From the NCBI RefSeq assembly GCF_001194135.2, contig NC_068988.1, forward strand, positions 93,203,705-93,267,704: a stretch of 64,000 nt of DNA, written 5' to 3'. Made by a program: the position numbers and the translations under genes. Below the pieces are notes generated by a model. It worked only from the letters and a program-made list of their open reading frames with translations. It was not told the DNA's origin and made no database searches. How positions within the stretch are numbered: position 1 is the stretch's first letter; each line of letters begins with the position of its first letter. This DNA comes from Octopus bimaculoides (lineage: Eukaryota). Shown piece by piece: positions 39,425-51,428 of this stretch.

Positions 39425-39785
39425 TCCATCACCTGTGCCCAGCGTCGCCTTCTTGGCACTTGTGCCGGTGGCACGTGTAAAGACATTCAAGCGAGATCGT
39501 TGCCAGTGCCGCTGGACTGGCTCCTGTGCAAGTGGCACGTAAAATACACCATTTTGAGCGTGGCCGTTGCCAGTATCACCTGACTGGCCCTCGTGCCGGT
39601 GGCACGTAAAAGCACCCACTACACTCTGAGTGGTTGGCGTTAGGAAGGGCATCCAGCTGTAGAAACTCTGCCAAATCAGATTGGAGCCTGGTGTAGCCAT
39701 CTGGTTTCACCAGTCCTCAGTCAAATCGTCCAACCCATGCTAGCATGGAAAGCGGACGTTAAATGACGACGATGATGATGATGAT
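39425..39785 (+). mobile_element. RTE 3'-UTR fragment (representative of more than 20 similar 3' ends, e.g. 10560-10800, 21130-21375, 25380-25615, 30330-30570, 31930-32292, 36615-36950, 42160-42670, 51625-51960, 55190-55740, 57625-58228)
   Basis: Shared core CACTACACTCTGAGTGGTTGGCGTTAGGAAGGGCATCCAGCTGTAGAAAC...CCAACCCATGCTAGCATGGAAAGCGGACGTTAA followed by (GAT)n, in both orientations. Confidence 0.85.
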
Positions 39786-41853
39786 CTCCTCCTTCAAATA
39801 AAATATACATCATATATTATGTGTGTGTATGTGTGTCTATATTTTATCCTCATTGAGCTAATGTACAGAATGGACATTTGATCATGGTAAACAAATCATC
39901 TACACAGGTTGTTTAGCAAGAAATTGCAGAATCCTCATTTATTGGTTATGACAAGGGAGTCCACCAATTTTCTTTGCATTGTAATAAGTAAACAGCCTTT
40001 ATACTGCAGGTTTTTACCCCACCATGTGTTTATCATAAAGGGTTTTCCCTTATATTACATTTCAAATTAATTAATCAAAACTATTGTGTAGTGCATTATT
40101 AATGAATTAATTATATTGTCAGCAAATGCACTTTTACACAAATTATACCGACCAGTTGGGGTATAAATAACTCTAAGCTATAAATACTTGTTTGGAGGGA
40201 GGTGCAATGGTGTTTCTTTCACTGATGAAAATATAAAAAGACTAGAAATTAGAGTGATTGCAAATTTTCTGCCCATGGACAAATAAAAACCTGTTGTATA
40301 AAACATTGTTTCTTTTCACAGTAAAGCCAAAAACAGACGCTTATCAAAGAAGGTATTTGAGGTTACCTAAAAATGCTCCAAAGCATGTTATTAATTAATT
40401 AGTGTGTGTATAAATAAGCTGGCACTCTATCAGTTACAGTTATGCTAGCATGGAAAGCGGACGTTGAATGATGATGATGATAGTGGTGGTGGTGTTTGAA
40501 AAACTTGGATTAACTAACATTATTCTGCAATTATTAGACAAAAAAATCTTCCAGGCATGCTTAAAAATCTACAAAAAAAAACAAAAAAAAAAAACACAAC
40601 ATTAACCAAGGAAGATAACTCCAGCAATATCAGATAAGTATATGGGGAAATAGAGAGAAAGCCATGATGGAGGTTAAGAAGATCAAGAAAATGGTTTAGG
40701 GAAAAAGAATTAAGTTCATGTCTCACACTTCCAGTCACATTCTCATACCCTTTAATGAAGAAACAATCCCCTACCTATCTCTCTCTTTCTCTCTGTCCAT
40801 CTGTCTATCTATCCATCTGTCTTTTCACTATATCTGTTTGTCTGCCTGCCTGCCTATCTGTCTGTCTCTACATATTTGTCTATTCATCTGCATATCTGCC
40901 TTCATATCTATCTATTCATTTACCTGTCTATTAACATATCCATCCCCCCTCTCTCTCTCCCTCTAGTACAAGTAAACAGTTTTATGAGAAGCAAAGAAAA
41001 AGCCGAAACAAAAGTTTCCATTGATTTAGTATCCATTTTTAGCCCACGCCTTGTGTACTTTTATAAACAAAGTTTATTTCAATCGATGTCCATTGTAACC
41101 TATGGCTTCTTGGCCTATTTCTAACCCCAAGTGCATCTACGTAAACACATACACATACCTTCACACACCCACATACAATATCTATAGTTGTTCAATAACT
41201 GTCCAGAGGCCAGAAAAAGAAACAGACAATCATATATTAACTAATAAAGTGGATATATTATTATTATTTAAGCTGCATTAAAAATTTTAGTCTCATAACA
41301 GTGACATCATGTTACCAAATGGTTTTATGTTCAACAACTTTCCAGGTGTTTCATTACATTCTCCACACTCGCAAGTGGTGACATAGATTGACTGTAATAA
41401 GACACACGTGTGTTTGTATGAGTGCTTACATTCTACACTTCTCATGAAAATCCTTGCATTATGGAGAAGGACATTGGCTGAAATTTACCAATCAGAGCCA
41501 TTCACAAGGCATCGACTGGTCTGGAGCTGTAGGAGAAGTCATCATGTCCAATGTGCCACACAATGAGATTGAACCCGAAACTGTGTGGTTGGGAAATGAA
41601 CTGCCAAACCACACAGCCACGCATATGCCTGTAACCTTATTGTTGGTCTTTTATCCTTTGCTTGTTTCAGTCATTTGACTGTGGCCATGCTGGAGCACTG
41701 CCTGAAATGGTTTCTAGTCGAACAAATCAACGCCCCCCCCCCAGCACTTATATTTTTGAATCTTGAATTTATTCTGATTTTTTTTTTTTTGCTGAATCTC
41801 TAAGTTACAAGGATGTAAACACACCAACACTGGCTGTCAAGCAGTGGTCATAT

Positions 41854-41893
<40 letters not shown>

Positions 41894-44504
41894 TGGGCTT
41901 CTTTCAATTTCCATCTAATAAACCCACGCACAAGGCTTTAGTCAGCCTGAGGCTATAATAGAAGACACTTGCCCAAGGTGCCACACAGTGGGACTGAATC
42001 CGGAACCATGTGGTTGGGAAGCAAGCTTCTTACCACACAGCCATGCCATTAGTACAAAACTTTTTAGTAAAGACTCTGTATTGTCTGATATGGTGGAGGG
42101 ATTCTTAAAGGGATTCTTAAAGGGGATATATATATATATATCATATATATCAAATATCATCATCATCATTTAATGTCTGCTTTCCATGCTAGCATGGGTT
42201 GGACGATTTGACTGAGGATTGGTGAACGAGATGGCTACACCAAGCTCCAATCTGATTTGGCAGAGTTTCTACAGCTGGATGCCCTTCTTAACGCCAACCA
42301 CTCTGAGAGTGTAGTGGGTGCTTTTACATGCCACCAGCACGAAGGCCAGTCAAGAAGTACTGGCAACGACCACGCTCAAAATGGTGTATTTTACGTACCA
42401 CCTGCACAGGAGCCAGTCAGCGGCACTGGCAACAATCTCGCTCGAATGACTTTTCACGTGCCAGGAAGGCGACACTGGTAACGATCACGCTTGAACGCTG
42501 GTGCCCTCACGATTTCGTTTTCGCTTGTCCCAACAGGTCTTCGCAAGCCAAGTTTAGTGTCCAATGAAGGAGACGTTGGCATGGGGGCCAGTCGTCGAAT
42601 TTAGTTCGATTTCGATTTCACTTGCCTCAACAGGTCTTCGCAAGCGAAGTTTAGTGTCCAATGAAGGAAAGGAGAAGGCTGGTTTATAGGATTACCGTAG
42701 GCTGCCCATCCATAAAGGGTTTCCCATCCGTAATACCATAAAGCTAAACCCATTATGGTTGGGAAACCTAAGGTAATCCCATAAACCAGCCTTCCCCATT
42801 TTTAATATATATATATGTTTATATATAACTTTATGTGTGTGTTTGTCCTCCACCACCACTTGACAACCAATGTTGGTGTGTTTACATCCCTGTAACTTTG
42901 CAGTTTGGCAAAAAAGACTGGTAGAATAAGTACTAAGTTTGAAAAAAAAAAAAGTTCTGGGTTTGATTTGTTCAAGTAAAACCCTTCAAGGCAGTGCCCC
43001 AACATGGCTGCAGTCAAAAGGAGAGAAAAAATTTTAGCATTTTCTTGTGTACCTTGAAAGTATATGGAACACTTGTGAAATGGAAGTCAAAACCAATTCT
43101 GACAATATTTGATCTTAGAATAATAAAACAAAAATAGTGAAAAACATATCGTTCATAACAAAAGCCAGATCAATACCATTAGAATATTGATTAAACATCA
43201 GACCTCCTACCCCACTCCCATCCCATCTTGTATTCGATATCTGTGATAATGTACTGAAGGAGTTTCCATCAGCAATTGATCTGCTATCTCTGTGCCAGTG
43301 TACATCTTATGAAGACTACTCAACAACAACAACAACCGTTCTGATAACAATTCTCTACTTAGAGGTTATTAATGATTGAAAAACAAATAATAATTTTGTT
43401 TTGTTTATGACTGATAGTTCTGCAATTAAAGAGATAAGCAGATATGATGATGATAATGATGTAAAGAAAGAAGAAACCAGTTTTGTTAACCAAGAATAAA
43501 AGGATTTACTAAGCCATTTAATTGTTTCATGAGTCAACAGGATGTTGCCAGGATTTTACTCTGTGCTTTCCTGTTCACTGTTTGTAAACAAGAGTGTATA
43601 AATCTGCGCAAAGTTTGTATAGATAGGAGAATAGGATCTTAGAGGATTGGTTAAAGATGTTTTCTTCTTCTGAGGCACAGACAGTGAGGGAAGGGCAGTA
43701 CTTATGACCATTCCAGTGTTTTGGTGTTTGGAAGGAAGAAGTCAGGAATTTTTAAACTGGAGACCAAACTCAAATGCTTATAATTGTGTAGATTCTGCTG
43801 AAGAGACCCGAGAGGCAAGAGATGATGTTAAACCAAGGAAAAAACTAAATCTTCGACCAAAAAGCTGAACCCCCCCCCCCCGTGGCTTTTCACACAATTT
43901 CCATTGGCCAAGTTTCACTTACAAAGCTTTGGTCAGCAAGAGGCTTACTACCATAATTATAATTATGTATCTTTTACTTGTTTCGCTCACTGGACAGCAT
44001 CCCTCTCTCTCTATACATTTACCACACTCTCTGTCAGTCTGTGTATATGTATATCACTCGGTGAGCTGGCAGAAACGTTAGCACACTGGGCGAAATGTTT
44101 AGCGGTATTTCGCCTGCTGTTATGTTCTGACTCCAAATTCTGCGGAGGTCGGCTTTGCCTTTCATCCTTTCGGGGTCGATTAAATAAGTACCAGTTACGC
44201 ACTGGGCTCGATGTAATCGACTTAATCCCTTTGTGTTTAGCCCCTTGTGGGTAATAAAGAAATATATATGTATATCATTCACACCGAGTGTGTGTGTGTG
44301 TGTGTGCACATGTATATCAATGTGTGTAAGGAATTTCATTAGGGTGACAGTCTTAAAGCATCAGTAGCAAGAGAAGAAAAATTTTTACATTTATGTGGCA
44401 AATAGACAAACAAAATCTTAGTTAATTGATACAAGAGGCCTATCCATTTGAAAAGGCATTGTCTGTGTCGATAAACCTAGTTTCGCAAGGGGGGAACAAG
44501 GCTT

Positions 44505-44790
44505 ATAGCTCCACTGGATGTGTAATGTAAGTGTCTATGTTTGACAGAGTGCTAGTGTACTGAGAGAGAAGTTAGGCATGAAAGGAATTAAATGTGGTGC
44601 ACAAGAGAGAAGTCTGTGCTTGTTTGGTCATGCAACACAGATGGATGCCAACAGCTCCATAAAGAAATGCTGATCGTTCAAAGTAGGTGGAACACGTAGA
44701 AGAAGGAGACCCAGGAAGACATGTGACGGAGTAGTGAAGGACGAACTCAGGATACTGAGCCTTTCAAATGAAATGACAAAAGAGAGAAGT
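44505..44790 (+). mobile_element. Degenerate RTE C-terminal fragment
   Basis: Remnants of WMCNV..LREKLG..RPRKT with stops; nucleotide similarity to the other RTE copies in the window. Confidence 0.7.
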
Positions 44791-45990
44791 ACGTAGCATC
44801 TTTACTATAACCTCCAACCAATCAAAAACTTGCAAGTAGGTTTGGTAGTCAGAAACTGAAAGAATGTCTATATGTGTGTGTGTGTGTGTGCACGCATCTT
44901 TGTGTCTGTGTTTGTCCCCCACGACCGGTGATGGTGTGTTTATGTCCCCGTAGCTTAGCGGTTCGGTCAGAGTGATCAAAAGAATAAAAACCTGACTTTA
45001 AAAAAAAAGTACTGGGGGTCGATTCGCTCGACTAAAAATACTTCAAGGTGGTGCTGCAGCATGGCCGCCGTCTGATGACTGAAACAAGTAAAAGATAAAT
45101 ACCAGCGTTATTAAAACCGAAAAGATTATCAGAAGGGAATTTGTTGCTAAAGATGTTTGGTATGCCGCAGGCCTGGCAAAGGAAAAACTTCCTCCTGTCC
45201 CTGCAATTTTCTCACAAATTATTTAATTTTTTTTTTTTATTGCCAAAAACCCCCGTTTTCGGATACGGAGATTCTGGAAAATTGCCAAAATTCGGAATTT
45301 TGAAATTTCTGGCCCCTCTCCTTCCTCGCAATTTCGTCATTTTTCACTTTTTTTCCCTAACCCTAACTAGAAAAATTTTCGGAAATTTTTTTCAGAATCA
45401 TAATCTCCGTATTTTTCCGCATATTTTGAAAAAGAAAAAAAAAAAGAAAAATTCTGAAAAAAGTTAAAAATGAAGAAATTAATCGGGTGGGGGTAATTTA
45501 AAAATGCCAATTTTTTTTGCAGATTCGTATTCTCCGTAGCCGAAAACGGGGGTTTGTGTAAAACAAAAATAAATAAATAAAAAAAAAGGAGCCGAAAAGG
45601 GGTGCTGGGGGGGGGGGATATAAAAGGAAGTCTTGCCCTGAGAAATTTCCTTAAAAGAAATTGGCGAAAGTAAAGAATACGCACACCGATGTTTGGGGTT
45701 AGGGTTTTTGTTACGCCGAAAACGGGTGGTGTGCGTATTCTTTAGCACTACCAAGAAATATTCATGTAACAAATTCCAGGAGTCGCGGGAGCACAGTTAT
45801 GTAGTTCAGCCCTGACTTTGACGCACATAACAGAAATAGATTACAACCTGAATAGAGTTTCGATACCGTTAATTAATACAAGGTCAGAACTTATGAAAGT
45901 CGACAAACGGCAATAGCACAAGGGAAATAACTGTTATGTCCATCTACCACTTCTCTTAATTAATTATCATTTAACTAATTAATTCAACTG

Positions 45991-46205
45991 TGAAGGGGCG
46001 TGGCTTAGTGGTTAGGGTGTCCGCATCATTATCGTAAGATTGTGGTTTCGATTCCTGGACCGGGCGACGCGTTGTGTTCTTGAGCAAAACACTTTATTTC
46101 ACGTTGCTCCAGTCCACTCAGCCGGCAAAAATGAGTAACGCTGCGATGGACTGGCGTCCCGTCCAGCTGAGGAACACATACGCCATCGAAACCGGGAAAC
46201 TGAGG
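45991..46205 (+). mobile_element. tRNA-derived SINE, family A, CpG-intact copy (others at about 12440-12575 -, 21955-22060 +, 38410-38660 +, 60770-60910 +, 63830-63980 -)
   Basis: A box TGGCTTAGTGG (46001-11), B box GGTTTCGATTCC (46044-55), then the conserved TTGTGTTCTTGAGCAAAACACTT..TTGCTCCAGTCCACTCAGC domain. Confidence 0.8.
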
Positions 46206-46459
46206 CTTTAAAAGGGCGCATTTCTTATTTATTTTGTTCATTTTCATCGTAGTTATTTCCCCTCTTTAATCTAATTTTTGGCATATCGTTAGATCTTAAA
46301 TTTTCCTATAACCATGAAATAAATAAAATAAAACACATCTTTAGCATTATCAAGAATTTTAGATTTATCGCGATTTATGCTATAATAATTCTGTGTTATA
46401 TCTGAAATAATTATATATTTTAATTCAAAACTATATTTTACGACTACCGTATGTCTTAC

Positions 46460-46465
46460 AATCAT
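46460..46465 (-). CDS. Candidate first coding micro-exon (MI) of an unidentified minus-strand gene
   Basis: GCC-ATG-ATT followed by a GTAAGA donor, divergent from HTATSF1. Confidence 0.3.
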
Positions 46466-46761
46466 GGCTGAGGTCTGAATATAAATAGCTCGGTGTCTGG
46501 TAAATATGATGAGATATCTCATGTTATTTTATTTCAATGTTCGAACTAATCACACAATCGATGGCAAACTTAACAAGCAAACATTCAAGCTATATATTTA
46601 TACATTTTTCGTTTTTTTTTTATTTAATTCTGGAAGCTCTAAACGTAAAAGGCAATGGGTTTCTTTTTTCTGTTACATTATAATATCGTATATAAGCACA
46701 AGGATTCTATTTAAGAAAAAGGGAAATTAGATTCTGTGGAATTCATTCCTTCTTCAGAGAT

Positions 46762-46770
46762 ATGAGCGGC
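46762..46770 (+). CDS. HTATSF1: Probable first coding micro-exon (MSG) of HTATSF1
   Basis: ATGAGCGGC is followed by a perfect GTAAGT donor inside a CpG-rich island. A phase-0 join to the acceptor at 51429 gives MSG-NVNRR-MDASDFDEQL with no stop. Human Tat-SF1 also begins MSG...DEFDEQL (from recall). Confidence 0.5.
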
Positions 46771-47521
46771 GTAAGTGCGAATGGTTGCAATCAGGAATCG
46801 AAACCAGAACGCAAAGTTCGTTGGTTAAATGATTCTGTTCACTCTACGACTACCGCGACATTGTTTCACAAGAATGACGTCTTTTTGGCATTCACAACAA
46901 GATTCACAAAGCAAAGTCGCATATTACGATGCTCATAACTTTCCTCCTGGCAGAGCTTCCCACTCGCCACATTCTATTGCAATAATAAATATATTCACGT
47001 GCTGGACTATTTATTTAGACGGTGTTTGGTGCCGGGACCGTTTCTCATTGTTTATATCGCGAACTGTTGAAGATAGCTGATGGATGAAATGACGCAAATC
47101 CTCGCTTCGGCTGTCCGATCAAAATCGTTTTTATTTATCATCCATACATAACATCATTATATTTTCAACATAAATTTCATATCATGTTTTGTTTAGTCCT
47201 AAATCGGCTTGATAGTGCAGATCCCTGATCAGTGACGTTCCATCTATGGCCATCCCGCCGTTTCGTGTATTCAGGATTATATTTTACAAAATCCCCCACT
47301 AACTTTTTCATGATTTCAGGGATATTAGGCTGCTATTTCTTGAAAAGAAAACAAAACAACCACCCAGCTGGTTAGCAGGGTTCTCAACCTCTCTCTCACA
47401 GATCTTTTGTCACCTCTGCTGTTAGAGTAACCTTTAATTATACTATTTTACGTTTTGGGGATGAGGAATTATGTACATTATTTACAATGGACGGATATTT
47501 GCCCTCATCTTGTTTGTTGTT

Positions 47522-47567
47522 ATCACAACGTTTCAGCTGATGTATTCTCCAGCCTTCATCAGGTGTC
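47522..47567 (-). ncRNA. Minimal hammerhead ribozyme motif, copy 2 (antisense in HTATSF1 intron 1)
   Basis: Reverse complement GACAC CTGATGA A GGCTG GAGAATACAT CAGCT GAAA CG TT GTGAT. Cores intact; helix II closes with a G:U pair and helix I has one mismatch. Confidence 0.7.
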
Positions 47568-48160
47568 TTGGGGAAATTTCAAACCCAACCCTTTATTTGA
47601 CTAATGGGGTACACTGTTCTCATTCCTCAGGTATGTTGCTGATGTTATTTTTCCAGGATTGAACTTTCAATCCAAGGGTTAGTAGCCCGCATTCTTATCA
47701 TCGTCATCAACATCATTTAACGTCCGTTTTCCATGCTGGCATGGGTTGGACGGTTCGACTGGGGTCTGGGAAGCCAGGAGGCTGCACCAGGCTCCAGTCT
47801 GATCTGGCAATGTTTCTACAGCTGGATGCCCTTCCTAACGCCAACCACTCTGAGAATGTAGTGGGTGCTTTTTACGTGCCACCGGCACGGGGATCACAAC
47901 TACAATTTCCATTTGATTTTGATGTACTTGACTCAATAGGTCTCCTCAAGCATGGCATGTTGCCCTACGATCCAAGGTACTTTTGAGTTGGCTGGTTATG
48001 TGACACTGGTGCAGGTTACAGCTGTGGACTCACTTTATTTACCAGGTCTTCTCAGTCACAGCACATCTCCCGAGGTCTCGGTCTTTTGTCATTGCTATAT
48101 GCCCGTGGGCATAGTGTACCCCATTAGTCAAATAAAGGGTTGGGTTCAAAATTCCACCAG

Positions 48161-48203
48161 AACACCTGATGAAGGCTGGAGAACACATCAGCTGAAACGT
48201 GAT
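48161..48203 (+). ncRNA. Degenerate hammerhead motif, copy 4 (sense in HTATSF1 intron 1)
   Basis: CTGATGA (48166-72), helix II and GAAA (48194-97) are retained. A short deletion places G at the cleavage position, so it is predicted inactive. Confidence 0.55.
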
Positions 48204-48808
48204 AACAACAAACAAGATGAGGACACCTATCTTCAATGTGGTGCCCCAGCATGGCCACAATCCAATGATTGAAATGAGTAACTTTTCTTTTCCATTTTTT
48301 CGTTCAGGTTGGACTTAGAAGAATATGGGTTTGTTCTATTCATGTAGTTTGACCTCATAAGATTGGGGATTGGTTAAATATGACTAATGGTGACTGATTT
48401 CATCAGGTGAAAGTCAGTCTTCTTGAATACAAGAAACCTTTACATACCTTGAAAGAAGAAAAAGATTATGATTAACAAATTTTCCAACAGTTGCAGTGAA
48501 ACTGTGATAGTGACCAGGTCTCAGTAATGTGACAAAAATGTTATCATCTCATGAAATAAATTTAACTGCTTTGTATTGGAATAAATGGCTGGAATGGTTC
48601 TTTCACAATGTCATCATTTATCATTATCATCATGTAACATCCATTTTCTATGCTGGCATGACTTGGATGGTTTGAGAGGAGCTGACTGACCAGAGAACTG
48701 GGTTAGGCTCCACTGTCTGCTTTCGCATAGTTTCTTTTGCTGGATGTCCTTTTCTAATGCCATCCACTTTACTGGGTGTGTTTTTTATATGGCACCAGCA
48801 TGAGTGAG

Positions 48809-48974
48809 TACAGTTCTATATTTAAGAGATGAGGAATTATGTACATTTGACAGATATTTGTCCTCATCTTTGTTGTTAACACAATGTTTCGGCTGGAGGG
48901 TATATCAGCTGAAACGTGTTAACAGCAAACAAGATGAGGACAAATATCCAACAAATGTAAATAATGTAAATAAT
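48809..48974. mobile_element. Fold-back fusion of two tails of the hammerhead element, joined at helix II
   Basis: The left arm GATATTTGTCCTCATC...GTTTCGGCTG and the right arm CAGCTGAAACG...GATGAGGACAAATATC are near reverse complements around the GAGGGTATAT loop. No CTGATGA core is present. Confidence 0.7.
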
Positions 48975-49424
48975 GAGCATGAGTGAGGTTACCAAAACTC
49001 TTTCCTCAACTTAGGAAAGAGTAGTATGGAGGGCAGTGGCTTCATGCCAGGTGACGAGAGACTAAAATATGATAGAAAGAGAGAAACAGGTGTCTTGAAG
49101 TAGAAGAGATACGTGGTTGTTCCAAATGGGAAAGCGAGAAAATGGTAGTGAAGATGTGTCAGTCCTTACTTTCAAGTTACATGGAGGAGAATTTAAGAGA
49201 AGTGGCAGAGAGGATTGGACCGGGTGTGAGTGGGTAGGTAAGTTCATGAGAGTGGAAGACAGGGCAGTAGGTGGAGTGGGAGTGTTAGGAAGATGAGTTG
49301 GTGGGGAGAGATTTGTCAGGGACAGATTGTATGCAGGGGCATAGACATAAATGACATGACTTTAAGGCCTCATTTTTGCTTAGATCAGTGGTTCTCAGAA
49401 GGATGCATCATAATATATATATAT

Positions 49425-49458
<34 letters not shown>

Positions 49459-50255
49459 GTTGTTGGGCCTCACGGAGGCAATGACCAAGACCTTTGGCAT
49501 TATGTCGTGCTTGAGAAGACTCATCAAGCCGAGCAAAATCGCAGTCATGGCAGATGCCGGTGTCACGCAAATGGCACCTGTGTTGGTGGCATGTAATCAC
49601 ATGCATTACACTCTCAGAGTGGTTGGCATTAGGAAGGGCATCCACCTATAGAAAACCATGTGAAATCAGATTGGAGCCTGGCGCACCCTTCAAGCATGCC
49701 AGCCCAGTCAAACCGTCCAACCCATGCCAGCATGGACAACGGACGTTAAATGATGATGATGATGATATATATATATATGACAGGTTTCTTTCAGTTTCCG
49801 TCTAACAAATCCACTCACAAGGGTTTGGTCAGCCTGAGGCTATAGTAGAAGACACTTGCCCAAGGTGCCACGCAGTGGGACTGAACCTGAGACTATTTGA
49901 TTGGGGAGCAAACTTCTTACCACATAGGGAAATAAATCCAATAAGTTTATCTGACCACTCAGTATCTTTAAGACTAGTGTGATTTTGGGGTGATTTAGCT
50001 GCTACTTCTAGTAGGTTAAATGACTGCATAGAGGCTCTCTACATAACGAGTCTGTTATTTCGTGATTGTTGCTGTCGTCTTGATCGTCATTTGTTCATTT
50101 GTCCGATGCTGCGTGAGAATTAGTCAGCTTCTGCCGCCCATCATTTGATTTCTTTCCCTCCTTTGCACATCGGCTTTCAGTGAGCATGTTTTCTCATCAT
50201 GCAATATCATACTTTGTACACAAACATTATACAATCTACTGAGAGATAGATAGAT

Positions 50256-50289
<34 letters not shown>

Positions 50290-51051
50290 TCCCTTTGCTG
50301 CCAGCAGAGTTAATAACTCCCTAAACTTTTCCTATCCTAATTTTACCTTTGGCTCTAATGCTTTAGGAGCATTCACCTCCATTGTTGATTAAGGTCACAC
50401 TGGTTAACACGAGAGACCTTCTTGGGAGCTTTCATAGGGAGACAAGAACTTCTAGGGAGCTTTCTCTGGTGCTCATTTTATTAACTACTGCTATTACTAC
50501 TGCTTTTATTATTGCTTTATTCCAATAATAAAAAGTATATTGGTTGTCTAATGATTTTAATACTTAAGCTGCCATCACATCTTGCAGAGAATATTACTGT
50601 AATTTCGAAAATTAAAGGGAAGTAACTCAATCCATACATTAGATTTGCCGTTAAGTTGGGTTATTGTCAAAACCAAACAGAACCCTCACTCGCGGTTTTC
50701 TGATAGTCTAAGTTTAATTGGATTTCTACCTGCCAGGTAAAAGTACTGTCAACTTTCTCTTCATCTCAGGGTTGAAGCAATAAATACTTGTCATATTCTC
50801 AGTTGAATTCAGCCATATTTTTAGTCAAGTCAAAGAACAAGTAATCTACACGATGATAGGTGTTGCTGTGTGGTCCAGAAGCTTGCTTCCCAAACGCATG
50901 GTTTTGGGTTCAGCGTCTTTGGCATTTGCCTTTTACTCTTGCTCTGGACTGAGCAAAGCCTTCTTTCGAGTGGATTTGGTAGACGGAATCTGAAAGGAAC
51001 CTGTTGTGTGTGTGTGTGTGATGATCATCAGTGTATGTATATATATATGTA

Positions 51052-51121
<70 letters not shown>

Positions 51122-51125
<4 letters not shown>

Positions 51126-51310
51126 TGATGCCCCTTATTCCCAATTTTCCTCTTAAGGCGCTTACATTGGTGCATATGCACACTGACATTGCACATCCAG
51201 CAGAGCATACTAGATTCATTTCTTTCAAGCCTTTGCATGTCATCTGCAGTCACAGCCCATGTTTCACTGCCATGTAGCATGGCTGTTTGGACACAGGTAT
51301 CATACAATCT
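51122..51310 (-). mobile_element. Degenerate RTE RT fragment
   Basis: YDTCVQTAMLHGSETWAVTADDMQRLERNESSMLCWMCNV, homologous to the 28.2-28.5 kb copy. Confidence 0.85.
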
Positions 51311-51428
51311 CCTTTTTTACTCTAAAGGAGAGGCCCTTTGTTGCCAACAAAGGTAGAAGCCTTATAGCTTATATTTGGTGGGTCAGTAATTAGTGAAGGC
51401 TTTTTTTTTTTCCCATTTTCATTTCTAG

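Larger units (their letters stand above)
46400..47120. promoter_or_regulatory. CpG-rich putative bidirectional promoter / first-exon region (HTATSF1 on +, unknown gene on -)
   Basis: CpG density is visibly higher here than in the flanks. Divergent ATG+donor micro-exons lie at 46465 (-) and 46762 (+). Confidence 0.55.
47460..48225. mobile_element. Head-to-head palindromic pair of the same hammerhead element, interrupted centrally by RTE 3' fragments
   Basis: The minus arm (47460-47697) includes part of the tRNA head (GGGCTACTAACCC on -). The plus arm runs about 48098-48225. Both arms share a private 34-nt segment, AGTGTACCCCATTAGTCAAATAAAGGGTTGGGTT. Confidence 0.72.

Noticed and set aside
43260-43870. 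Coding-looking open stretches on both strands
   Set aside because: The frames are broken by stops, the acceptor phases do not fit the MI start, and no family is recognised. Possibly an old transposon relic.
45073-45090. CTGATGA-CT-GAAA as a second hammerhead
   Set aside because: There is no room for helix II; it is a point variant of the SINE-B tail.
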